DNA from: Octopus sinensis
Taxonomy: Eukaryota
Length of the DNA stretch: 64,000 nucleotides
Direction of reading: 5' to 3'
NCBI RefSeq assembly: GCF_006345805.1
Contig: NC_043001.1
Coordinates: 100,192,001-100,256,000, forward strand
Position numbers and translations under genes: made by a program. Shown here one piece after another: positions 12,801 through 24,380 of the stretch. Within the stretch, counting starts at the first letter, position 1. Each line of letters begins with the position of its first letter. The notes below the pieces were generated by a model. It saw only the letters and a program-made list of their open reading frames with translations. It did no database searches and was not told where the DNA came from.

Positions 12801-13429
12801 GAGGTGATATTTTCTGCAAGACCTGTTGCCTCAACAAACTCAACAAAAGACTTTTCTCAACAAAAGTTACTTTCAAATAGGCCACTCCTCAACAAAAGAT
12901 AAATTTGTATAAAAACATATTTTCTGCAATGAAGGGTAATGAGATTTTTGAGTGGGTATGTCTGATTTCTGCTATGAAAGAATTAAAGAAAACATATAAA
13001 ATAAATTGTGTGGTTCACGACAAGAAGTGATTCTGATGTTTTCAAACAAAGCAAACAATTTTACCTTGTTTACAAGATTTTTAGTCCTGTGGGAGGAAAA
13101 GAAATGGCTGGAATGATTTGGCACTGGAATGGCACTAAATACTTGACAGCATTTAGTTTTATTCTGATAAGGTTAAATTTGCATTTCATCTCTAAGTAAA
13201 TTAAAAATCAGTTTTGTATTTCAAGGAAAGAATTGTAGGAAAATTGAGTAAAGATATAACATTTGTTACAAATTTCATTTTTTAATATTTTCATTTTTTC
13301 TCCAAGAACTGTATTGAATTTGGTCCATAAATCTCTTACCATTTGGAAAACTGATACTAAAACAAGACCTTTCCAATTTTCTGTGATCAATTAAAATTCC
13401 TGAAGTTGTATTATATTAATATTGAATCA

Positions 13430-13630
13430 TTAAATGAGAAAGTAGAGTCTGTAGAGCACCAGACAAAATGTCTTGCACTATTTAGATTCGTCCATTTATG
13501 TTTTGGGTTCAAATACTACCAAGATGAATTTTTACCATTCGTCTTTCTAGGGTCAATAAAAGAAGTACCAATTGAAGATTGAGTATAACTTAGACAATTG
13601 CTCCCACCTGTCTTTATAGGAAATAGGTTT
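13430..13630 (+). mobile_element. SINE family B, old copy
   Basis: gggttcaaatactaccaag...tctttctagggtcaataaaagaagtacc. Confidence 0.5.
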
Positions 13631-13871
13631 TGCATCATTAAGTGATGATGAAAGGGGTCAACCACCTGAAGAGATATATTTTGATTTCATCCTTTCTGCC
13701 GCCTCTCTCTCAGAAGTAAAACTTATCTGATGTCAAATTTGTCTTTTTGTCCATCTGGGAAAGGATAAGCCAGTCATGTATTGGACGTGAATAATGAGTT
13801 ATTGTACAAACAAGTGACCTTTATACATTACAAGAAATCAGGATGGGAGTCAGTGCTTTGTGATATATATA

Positions 13872-14470
13872 TATATCATCATCATCATTGATGTTTAACG
13901 TCCGCTTCCATGCTGGCATGGGTTGGACAGTTTGACTGAGGACTGGCAAACCATATGGCTGCACCAGACTCCAATCTGATCTGGCAGAGTTTCTACAGCT
14001 GGATGCTCTTCCTAACACCAACCACACTTAGAGTTTAGTGGGTGCTTTTACATGCCACTGGCACAAGGGCCAGTCAGGCAGTACTGGCAACGGCCACACT
14101 CAAATGGAGTTTTTTATGTGCCACCTGCACAGGAGCCAGTCCAGTGGCACTGGCAATGACCTCACTCAAATATTTTTTCATGTGCCACTGGCACAAGTGC
14201 CAGTAAGGTGAAACTGGTAACGATCACGCTTGAATGGTGCTTTTTACATGTTCAGAAGCCAGTCAGCTGCTCTGGCAACGATTACACTTAGATGGTGCTC
14301 TTAGAGCTCCACTAGCATGGATGCCAGTCATCGAATTTGATTTCGATTTCAATTGCACTTGCCTCAACAGGTCTTCGCAGGCAAAGTTTAGTGTCCAGTA
14401 AAGGAAAGGTAACCATAAGTGGGCTGGTTACACCCCTGGCATAGACCACAATAAGTTTATATATAGTCTG
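13872..14470 (-). mobile_element. RTE LINE 3'-UTR copy with internal tandem units
   Basis: (atc)n tail, ggatgctcttcctaacaccaacc core and repeated tgccac..gcaca units. Confidence 0.85.
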
Positions 14471-15015
14471 TGTGACTTTACCTTCGTTCTTTCTCCTTTT
14501 TTCTCTCCTCCTCTTAGTTCTATTTCTGGCCTGCCCACTTTTCCCTTTTGCCCTCTCTTTCTCAGACTCTTACTTGTATTTGTACTCCTTCCCCTTCCTT
14601 ATTATTTTCCCTCTTTCTTACTCTCTCTCCCTTCTCCTCTACCTGCTGATGACACGTAACCCTTGGCCAGTTTTCCTTCTTTCTCTCCCTTTTTCACACT
14701 GGCCACCCAGCCATTCCATCACAAAAAAATTTCTCTGTCTTGCTATTTCCATATCCTTTAGAATTTTTTCTGAGCGTTACCCACCATTCTTGTCTTTTTG
14801 GCCCTAAAGCCATATTTTGCTCATTTCCTATTCATTTCATCTTTGTCCATTGCCTTAAATTACATTTTTTTTTTCTTTACTTTCGTATGTCCACTTTGTG
14901 TTGTTTTGTTTCCTTGATGCTTGACATTCTCTGCAACTTTCACAGGCAGAACCAATATGGCAAGTTAATGGCGCAAAACTGAGTATTACCATCTTCGTTG
15001 ATAACTGATGAAGAA

Positions 15016-15079
15016 ATTAGGGACCCTCTATGGAGACTATTAGGGACCCTCTATGGGGACTATTAGGGACCCTCTATGG
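15016..15079. repeat. 23-bp tandem repeat, about 2.8 copies
   Basis: attagggaccctctatgg(a/g)gact at 15016, 15039 and 15062. Confidence 0.9.
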
Positions 15080-15209
15080 TGGAATCCTCTTAAATGGTCA
15101 AGTGGGTCTAAAAGTGACCCATTATGGTTGTAATAGTAGTGATTGGAATTGTTCTGAATAAATTTATGTGAAGTGACTGTTTTGAATATATTGCTTTTAA
15201 TATTTGTGT

Positions 15210-15690
15210 TTATGTTATTCTGGCGATAGTGTCATTTGTGCTGGATGCATGCAAAAGGGGTTCATATTTTGTGATAAAGAATGACTCTTTATTAATGCAC
15301 TGATTAAAGGTTGTATCGTCCCTGAATTGATAGAGGGGAAAAATTCTGAAGCTGGGTTGTTTGTCATTGGTGCAAATCTTGATGTGTTCGCTGAATGCTA
15401 TTCTTCTGTTTATTGGAATTTTGATCTGTGAATTGTGCAGAGCCATTCTTTGAGGTAGACTGTTTTTGGTTTGGACTATGTATTGCTCTCGACACCCAGA
15501 GCAAGTTAATACATATATCAGGTTCTCCGAAGCACATGTGAAGTTGCTTTTCACTGTGAAACATTGACCCTGTTTGAAAGAGAACTCTAATCCCTCAAGT
15601 AGGTTGATGCATGTACCACAGTTAGGTCTTCTGCATTTTTTTACTGACAACTTCAGTGTTGTTGTTGAGTATATTCGGGCTTGTATTAGG
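15210..15690 (-). mobile_element. Penelope-like element GIY-YIG endonuclease fragment
   Basis: KCRRPNCGTC...NFTCASENLIYVLTCSGCREQYIVQTKNSLPQRMALHNSQI...KESFFITKYEPLLH: Cys-rich linker plus GIY-YIG motifs typical of PLEs. Confidence 0.88.
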
Positions 15691-15699
15691 ATATGTTTC

Positions 15700-16590
15700 A
15701 TAGATTTGGTCTGTCTTTTGCTCTTGTGGTGAGAAAGGGCCTCTTGCTCAGAGTAAAAGGTAGACTGTATGTTGCATGTGTACGAACAGTCATGCTACAT
15801 GGCAGTGAAACATGGGCTGTGACTGCTGAGGACATATGTAAGCTAGCAGGGAATGAAGCTAGTATGCTCCACTGGATGTGTAATGTCAGTGAGCATACAC
15901 GACAGAGTGTAAATGCCCTGAGAGAAAAGCTGGATATAAGAAGCATCAAATGTAGTGTGCAAGAAAGATGACTGCACTGGTATGGTCATGTGTTGCATAT
16001 GGATAATGACAGCTGTGTGAAGAAGTATCACACCCTAGCAGTAGAGGGAACCTGTGGGAGAGGTAGACCCAGGAAGACCTGGGATGAGGTGTTGAAGCAC
16101 GACCATCAAATGTTGAGCCTCACTGAGGTGATGACAAGTGACCGAGAGCCTTCAAGATATGCTGTGCTTGAGAAGACCCAGCAAGCCAAGTGAGACTGTA
16201 ACCGTGGCCTATGCCAGTGCTGCATAACCAGCCCATTTAAGAGTACCGTTCAGTCATTGGGTAATAAACTGTGCTTGCAAAGACCTGTTGAGGCAAGTGA
16301 AATCATTGTTGTGGCTGAAGACAGTACCACCTGATTGGCACCTTTACTGGTGGTATGTAAAAAGCACCATTGAAGCGTGGTCTATGCCAGTACTAGCTGA
16401 CTGACCCTCATGCCAGTGGCATGTAAAATACATCCACTACACTCTTGGAGTGGTTGGTGTTAGGAAGGACACCCAGCTGTAGAAACTTTGCCAGATCAGA
16501 TTGTAGCTGGTGCAGCCTTCTGGCTTGCCAGCCCTCAGTCAACCCGTCCAACCCATGCCAGCATGGAAAACGGACATTAAACAATGATGA
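15700..16590 (+). mobile_element. RTE LINE 3' fragment (ORF end plus 3' UTR)
   Basis: KGLLLRVKGRLYVACVRTVMLHGSETWAVTAED...GRGRPRKTWDEV, nearly the same as 39800-40264, followed by the UTR and (gat)n. Confidence 0.92.
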
Positions 16591-16628
16591 TATATATATA
16601 TATATACATATATATATGTATATATACA

Positions 16629-17490
16629 CAAGATGGTATCAAAAAGTTCCTGGACTAGTTGTGTAGCACGCCAACAGATGGCAGCACATGACTGCATGCA
16701 GAGTGAGGTAGTGTGCTGAATGACATTGCTGTGTTTACTTTGCAAGTTGTGAAACCTGCATTTTCGTGATCACATGTATGCTGTATTGCGTTAAACATGG
16801 GACGTCTGCTTCAGAGACATTGAGCATGCTTTGGCAAGCTTATGGCAACAAGGCAATGGGTTGTACACAATGTTCTGAGTGGTACAGGTGCTTCAAAAGT
16901 GAAAGAACATCCCTGGAAGATGATGAGTGATCAGGAAGGCCTGTACAAGCATCAATCCTGGAAATGTGGTATTGCGCATTGAGAATTCATCCCACAAAGC
17001 CAGACCATTGATTGAGAATTCTATTAGAGTGTTTCAAAGCATTTGAGGGAGGTCATTCAGTGAAAGCGTCTGGATCTGTGGAGTGTGAAGAACTGGATTC
17101 TTCATGATGACAAAGCACCTCGTCTCCTGAGCTCTCCTCACTTGTGAGTTTCTCACCCAAAATAACAGGGTATTGCTTTTGCACCCAACTCCTATTTACT
17201 AGATGTTGCACCTATGGGCTTCCCTCTTCCCCAGGATGAAAATGCAGCTCAAAGACCATCGTTTTTACATTGTCATGAGATTCAGTGTAAATCACAAAAG
17301 GTTCTTGACTCACTTATGGAAAACCACTTCCAGGCTGGATTCCAAAAGTGGCAGGCACACTGGGACCATTGTATGGCTGTACAAGATGACTATTTTGAAG
17401 GAAATGATGTTGAGGTAAATTATTTATTGAGGTAAATAAGATATTTTTTATTAAATATAACTAATCTGGAAACTTTTTGATACCACCTTG
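16629..17490 (+). mobile_element. Internally deleted Tc1/mariner element
   Basis: About 30-bp TIRs caagatggtatcaaaaagttcctggactag / ctaatctggaaactttttgataccaccttg with TA on the right. Decayed transposase: CVKHGTSASETLSMLWQAYG...EWYRCFKSERTSLEDDE*SGRP and ...FQKWQAHWDHCMAVQDDYFEG. Confidence 0.9.
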
Positions 17491-17508
17491 TATATATACA
17501 TGTATGTA

Positions 17509-17550
<42 letters not shown>

Positions 17551-17949
17551 CTAGCAGTATCGCCCGGCGTTGCTCGGGTTTGTAAGGGAAATAACTGTAT
17601 AAGCATTTTTAGAGAGTTATAGCCTAAAAATAGCAAAAAAAATGCATTAAAAATGGAAAAAAATGATGGTAAATTGTTTTAAAAAATCGTTTACTAATCG
17701 TAGATATTTTTAGAGAGTTACTTCCCTTATATAATAGCGAAAAAATGCATTAAAATGGAAAAAAATGATGGTAAATTATTTTTAAAATCGTAGACTCATC
17801 GAAGACACGTGCTAATACCCAGAAGGGCTCGATATGAATCACGACTATTAGATACCCGCTTTTAGTTACACTGCACCGCAAAATGTGGGAGTAGTTAGGA
17901 ATCTAAATCGTAGGAGACAGACAGACAACTTGACTTTTATATATAAAGA
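17551..17949 (-). mobile_element. Non-autonomous Helitron
   Basis: Minus strand starts TCTTTATATATAAAAG and ends with hairpin cccg-agcaacgc-cggg then CTAG. Inserted between A and T inside a (TA)n tract, no TSD. Confidence 0.88.
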
Positions 17950-18329
17950 TATATATACATACACACACTGCTTAAGATTAAATGCAGGGAGATTTTTTAA
18001 CAGTATTTTACTCAATAAAGTCATGAATTAAACAATGACTTCTATTTGTTGATTACTTCACAAATGAAAGAAAATGAAACATCCACACTTATGCACACAC
18101 ACACAAACACACAGGTATGCACATGCACACACATACATGCACTCATGCAATCCATGGAGAACAATAAATGCAAACAAACTTCAAATTATTCTTTTCCTCT
18201 TGGCTATAGAACACACCATGATATCCTTTAGACATCTCATCAAATTCCCACCTGTCACATGAAATAAGATCATCTGTGCAAACAGACTCAAATTTTATTT
18301 TGGGGCTAAGGATACACAGGGTTTGCCCA

Positions 18330-18540
18330 ATGTTTATGGAAATTTGACATCTCTGCTAATAAAGGAACTTGCTAGATCTGACAGTCTCAAAGACAATACA
18401 ATGAATTCTTATTTGCACCAAAGTAGCATTGTAATCCAGCACCATTGGTCCTTATAGATAGATTCAGTTATAATCTGTGCCATCGACAGCCAGGTCAGTC
18501 AATTTCTGACTTTATTGCTCAACTCAAAGAAAGTCCCTTA
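18330..18540 (+). mobile_element. Decayed Ty3/gypsy gag fragment
   Basis: HCNPAPLVLIDRFSYNLCHRQPGQSISDFIAQLKE resembles the gypsy gag motif H..P..S...ERF.F..R.Q.PGESI.DF.AEL. Confidence 0.5.
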
Positions 18541-18699
18541 ATTCTTTATTAGTGGTAGGAGACGCCAATGATTGCCTTTGCAGGTGCTTGCTATCTCTAA
18601 GAAAAAGTTTTTTCAGGCCCGAGAGATGACATTTGTCATGAAGGGTTCGTGATAAGAATGTTAGTAACATTACTGCTCATTCCTCTTCTGGCATGCCAT

Positions 18700-19200
18700 C
18701 CTGGCCTGAAGTTAACCTGGTTCAATAAATAATTCCATTTGGAAGAAATGGAAAGAAATATATTCATATTTTTTGCTTTTTAAAAAACGCTGCCTCTGTT
18801 GTAGGCTGCAACTCTGATTCAACACACAGGCAACCTTTAAGCGTTTCAGTCCACCCTTGTATCTAAACTTGCCAAGATCCAGATCCTGTCTGGGTTGTTT
18901 AAGTTGTTGGAAGAGAACATTCCACATGATGTGCCATGTTTACAATTCCATGCTTGTAAAAATTGGCTGAGTTTGGTGAGTGAGTGTTCTGAATGGTGTT
19001 CTTGGATTGCGGTTCCTCAGTATCTCAGGTGAAGTTGATCTTTGCTAGCATTATTCTGTTATTGTCAAGGTGAAGGCTCCTACATGGAATTAGGTGGGAG
19101 GTGGAAGATAGCCTGACAACATTGATGTTAACATTGAGAAAATGCAAACATCTGTGGCCCTTGTCAATGCATCAGGAGTTCACAGGCCAAGATGCTACTA
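18700..19200 (-). mobile_element. Possible heavily decayed RTE-BovB-like ORF2 end
   Basis: Fragmentary DQLHLRY / TLTHQTQ / KGGLKRLK matches across frameshifts; weak. Confidence 0.25.
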
Positions 19201-20217
19201 TATCCATGAGAATGGCCAACAAAACTACGGTGTTAAGTTCATGTATGCTATAATGATTGAAATCTGCGTGTTATCACAGATGCCTGTTCAAAGCTTTACC
19301 AATTTTACTAATTCAGAATTTCCTATGGGAATTATTCCAGCAGAGTTACTGATATAACAACATTTGTGCAACCAATGTGGACCACTTAAAGATTCTCATT
19401 TTACTCCCTCTGTAGAGTACTCATAAAAATGTAGAAGTTCCGCTTCAATTGATTTGCTCAATTACATTCAATTTACAAAAACGATTCAGCTTTTGCCCCA
19501 AATTTAATTTCTGGATCTTTTTGGTTACAGAATGGAAAAAGTCAATCTTAATTCAACTGCAAAAAAGACTTGTGATTTAGCATCATCAGGACTGCAAAAT
19601 ATTTCCTTATTTTCTTCCTGAGTCAAAATCTTCATCTCCTGTCTGGGACCTACTCTGAGCCAGAATTTTGCCTCCCAACATAGCACCTCCAGATCCCATT
19701 CCTTGGCAGATCTTCCTTGTACCAAGTGATTTACTTATCCTGAAACAACCTCCAAAATGTTTGACAGAATCTTTGCCATAATTTCTGCCATGAAAATCTT
19801 GTTGAACAACAAAACCACCAAATTAGTCGAGTCCTGTTTTCACTGATATATTATCATACAATCCTTTCATTTTGATAGTTTATGAAAAAAAAAAAAAAAA
19901 ATGAATTCCAAGAAATTTTATTCATTTATTATTTTTCTTTTTAATTCTACAAAATCTGGTCAAGCATAGACAAAATAATCCCACAGAAAGCTCAAACAAG
20001 TGAGAAGGGCAATCACTCGACATCAAGCTTGTTTTTGGTTTCTGAATCAAATTATAGCATTTGCATTTTATGAATCTTGATAACAGTTGTGTTGTGGTGT
20101 TTATATTGTTCAACTGTGCATAATGGAAGCAACTAGGCTTACCCTGAGCAGATTCTCAGTCAATGGATATGGACAGCAGTTTGTTTTAAACTAAAAGCTG
20201 AAATACTGTATTCCTAA

Positions 20218-20447
20218 GTGTAGGCATGGCTGTGCGGTAAGAAACTTGCTTCCTAACCCCATGGTTCTAGGTTCAGTCCCACTGCATTGCACCTGGGCAA
20301 GAGTCTTCTACTATTGCCTCGGGCTGATCAAGGACTTGTAAGTAAATTTGGTAGATGGAAATTGAAACAAGCCCATCATATATATATGTGTGTGTGTGTG
20401 TGTGTGTATGAATGTATGTATATGTATATATATAATTCAAATGAATC

Positions 20448-20491
<44 letters not shown>

Positions 20492-20655
20492 TCCCACCAC
20501 CATTGCTTGACAACTGATGCTGGTGTGTTTACATCCCAGTAACTTAGCAGTTCAGCAAAAGAGAACCAATAGAATAAGTATTAGGCTTACAAAAAATACT
20601 TGAAGGCAGTGCTCCAGCATGGCTTAGTCAAATGACTGAAACAAATAAATGAATA
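20218..20655 (+). mobile_element. SINE family A, full length
   Basis: taggcatggctgtgcggtaagaaacttgc head through aaatgactgaaacaaataaatgaataaaag tail, with internal (TA/TG)n. Confidence 0.9.
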
Positions 20656-20708
20656 AAAGAAATCTACAAAATTTGGTTTTGTATGTATGCGTGTGTGTGT
20701 GTGTGTGT

Positions 20709-20747
<39 letters not shown>

Positions 20748-21164
20748 GAGAGAGAGAGAGAGAAAGAGAGTGTGTGTGTGGGAAGGAATGGTAAATAATA
20801 TGTTTTCTGTTAAACTGGTCTGGTGAATTGGCTTACCTATACAGTTCTGGTTTTCGATACTTAGTCGTACTGTAGATTATAACAGAACATCATTTTTAAT
20901 TATGAATTAATTAGTTGCTTAAATATTTCCATGTTAAGTGACAATGGACTTCCTAAACACGAAATTGGGAGAGAAAAGAGAAAGAGAGTCTCTGAAAGGC
21001 ATGAAGATCACATAATCTCTTTGGAATCATAATCTGAAGACTTGGCTTTTTAGCTTGGGAAGAAGTCTGTTTTTAAATTGCCTGGAATTTTTGTGGCAAT
21101 TATAGATTCTTAGTAATGATAGGGGAACTCAGGTTTCTATAGCAGTCAACATTATGAATCAGAA

Positions 21165-21211
21165 ATAGAAGCAGAAGAAGAAGAAGAAGAAGAAGAAGAA
21201 GAAAAGAAGAA

Positions 21212-21243
<32 letters not shown>

Positions 21244-21500
21244 AGGAGGAGGAGGAGGAGGAGGAAAGAGAGGAGGAGAAGGAGAAGAAAACGAAGAAGA
21301 AGAAAAAGAAGAAAAAGAAAAGAAGAAGAAAAAGAAGAAGAAGAAGAAGAAAAAGAAGAAGAAGAAGAAGAAGAAAAAGAAGAAAAAGAAGAAGAAGAAG
21401 AAGAAGAAGAAAAAGAAAAAGAAGAAGAAGAAGAAGAAGAAGAAGATTATGAGGAAAAGGAGGAGATGATGATGATGGTAGTGGTGATGATGACGAGAAG
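21165..21500. repeat. (GAA)n/(GGA)n purine tract followed by (GAT)n
   Basis: About 275 bp almost purely A/G on the + strand. Confidence 0.95.
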
Positions 21501-21938
21501 AAGGAAGACCATGGTGGTGCCAATGTATCTCATGATGCCTGTAGAATGCAAAGAAGTTTTGTTGGTTGTAGTTAATTAAAAATCCAAAATAAAATGAGAA
21601 AGTGTTTTTAATTGTTTGTTAATCCTATCTTCTGGGATCTTACCTTCCCATTGGTTGACTAAATGCTGGTTGTCTTATATAGTTGATAACTTATCTTAAT
21701 TCAACTAAAAATTGGCTCCAGGCATAAAATATTAAGAAAACTTAAATGATAGTCTAGGGAGGATGAATTTATTTTAAAACCACGAATGAATATTCATATC
21801 ATTCTAACAGCATTCTCTTACAATGGTATGCCATGGAGGATATTAAACAAATGGTAGAAACAGTTTGACGGTGAGCAGTTTTATATAAAAAATTCTGAAG
21901 CTGTTAGGGAAATGTCATATTTCAAGAAGCATCTCATT

Positions 21939-22015
21939 ATGAAATGCCACATGAAAAAGTATTCGTTTTATGAAATGCCACATGAAAAAGTATTCGTTTT
22001 ATGGCATGCCACATG
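21939..22015. repeat. 31-bp tandem duplication, about 2.5 copies
   Basis: atgaaatgccacatgaaaaagtattcgtttt at 21939 and 21970, partial copy at 22001. Confidence 0.92.
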
Positions 22016-22994
22016 TAACAATAGGGAGTTCATTATATTTGGGAAAGCAAACAGAAACACAAAAACCAATCTGTGATATCTTCTCTGCTGAAGACCTGTC
22101 ATACAATGATATTCATTACAATTTCTTTCAGATGATTGCTTCATCTTTTCTCTCCATGAAGATACCAGACACTAAACCAGAATAAAAGCTGTGAATCATC
22201 GTTAACAATAATTTGTTCCTTGTTTGTTCAGCATGCCAGCCAATTGTAGCCGAATAGTAAAGGCAGCAGACAGTAAAGCTTAAGAGAATTAATTCAATTA
22301 CAGTCTGATAATGAAGAGCCTGTTAGACTTACTTTCCACTCAGCAGCTGAGAGATGACATGTGTCTGAACAAAAGAATGCTGTGTACTTACTGACTTGCA
22401 AAGCTGTCGGACAATGAGGTGGGGTGGGGTGGGAGGGGGGGACACAGAAGACTAGTTTTCAATATTTGCTTAATGAATTCTGGAGGTGAACTAAAAACTG
22501 ATCACAATGAAAAGCTATCAAATTGGACCAGCTGTATAAACGAAGGCTGAATATATTATTAGCAAAGTGTTGAGGGAAATAATACAGGCCATGTGGTGAA
22601 TGGGTTACGAGGTTGAAGCATCAAGGAGAATAAAGTTTTATTTGCTAAAATATATTAATAAACAGTTTTAAAGTTTGACTGCAATGTTTTAAATCTGACA
22701 CCTTTCTATAAAGAATGGAAAATTAAAACGGATTTAAAAATATTGCTGAGAGCATATCTATTACATTACATTTATTATTATTTTTTTTTTTTTGCAAAGA
22801 ATCAGAGTCAGGGTGATGTTAAGAAGAGTTAATAAACATTATGACCAATAAACAATGGTACATTCTGCTCTGTTATTCAATCTTAGCAAATTTCATTCCA
22901 GACTATTTTACTTTGAGGATTCTTTTAAGTACAAGCCTAGTCTTACTCTTTTTATTTTAGTTTGGGGAACTGAACCTCAGTCAATTATATTAAC

Positions 22995-23037
22995 AACTAC
23001 AACCACCACCACCACCACCACCACCACCACCACCACC

Positions 23038-23069
<32 letters not shown>

Positions 23070-23240
23070 CAACCACCACCAACACCAACAACAACAACAA
23101 CTTCAGCACCACCAGCTTTCCATGCTGACCTGGACCATTTGACAGGGGAACCAGTGTGCTGCAAGGGCTCAGTGTCAGGTTCCAGTGTCATCTTTGGCAT
23201 TCTTTCTGCAGCTGGTTGCCTTTCCTAATGGCAACTGGTT
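22995..23240 (-). mobile_element. Old RTE-tail variant with (CAC/CAA)n tail
   Basis: ctttccatgctg...ctgcagctggttgcctttcctaatggcaac matches the RTE tail core in reverse. Confidence 0.55.
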
Positions 23241-23579
23241 TACAAAGTGGCACTAACCAGTAAGTTTAGGGAGAGTTTGAAATCAATACACAGGGGAATG
23301 AAACTAGTCTGTGGAATGGACAGAAGGAGGAAACTGAAGTGAAGCCTGTTATAGTCTTTTATTCTTTAATTGGCATCAGTCATTAGACTTCAGCCAGGGT
23401 ACAACCTTCAAAAGCATTTAGGGATTTATTTTATTGATAGAATTTTGAAAATCTTTCCCACCATCAGAATTTTTCAATTTTTGTGTCTACACTGGTTTAA
23501 CATTGAGGCTGATGGCATTAATCACATAGATTTTCTCTAGAAATTAATAAAAAAATTACCAGCATTTTAATATATATAG

Positions 23580-23947
23580 ATACTCTTTTAGTTACTCTTT
23601 TACTTGTTTCAGTCATTTGAGCAAATCGACCCCAGGACTTATTCTTTGTAAGCCCAGTACTTATTCTATCGGTCTCTTTTGCCGAACCGCTAAGTGACGG
23701 GGACGTAAACACACCAGCATCGGTTGTCAAGCGATGTTGGGGGGACAAACACAGACACACAAACACACACATATATATACATATATATGACGGGATTCTT
23801 TCAGTTTCCATCTACCAAATCCACTCACAAGGCTTGGTCGGCCCGAGGCTATAGCAGAAGACAGTTGCCCAAGATGCCATGCAGTGGGACTGAACCCGGA
23901 ACCATGTGGCTGGTTAGCAAGCTACTTACCACACAGCCACTCCTGCG
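23580..23947 (-). mobile_element. SINE family A with small internal deletion
   Basis: High identity to the other copies; cagtcatttga joins directly to gcaaatcgacc. Confidence 0.9.
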
Positions 23948-24121
23948 ACGATAATATAGAAAAATAGATAAATGTTCAAACTTTAAAATGATATAAACGT
24001 CATTGACAATAAACGTTTCTGTGATTTCTAAATATTTTTGGAGGCCTTACTTTTGGGATTACCCTCGTATATAAAACAACATGTTCCTGGGGTTAAAATG
24101 TAATAACATCGATCTGTATAT

Positions 24122-24184
<63 letters not shown>

Positions 24185-24380
24185 GCCAACCAAGTGCGCC
24201 ATCCTATACTAGACAATGTACTGGCGTTTATAGCCACAGGAAGACATCTCTTCCAACTGGCTAATGACACATGTTTTGTGTCCGATTAGTATTTGCAAGG
24301 GGAATACATCACTCTCATTCCCAGCCTTACACATGGACTCCTGGGTGGTTACCCATCTTCATCATCTGTTAATCACCAGC

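Noticed and set aside
20218-20300. tRNA-like sequences with A and B boxes
   Set aside because: They are SINE heads continuing into SINE bodies, with no complete cloverleaf; not called as tRNA genes.
21152-21523. Poly-Leu/Phe/Ser ORF
   Set aside because: Antisense reading of the (GAA)n tract.
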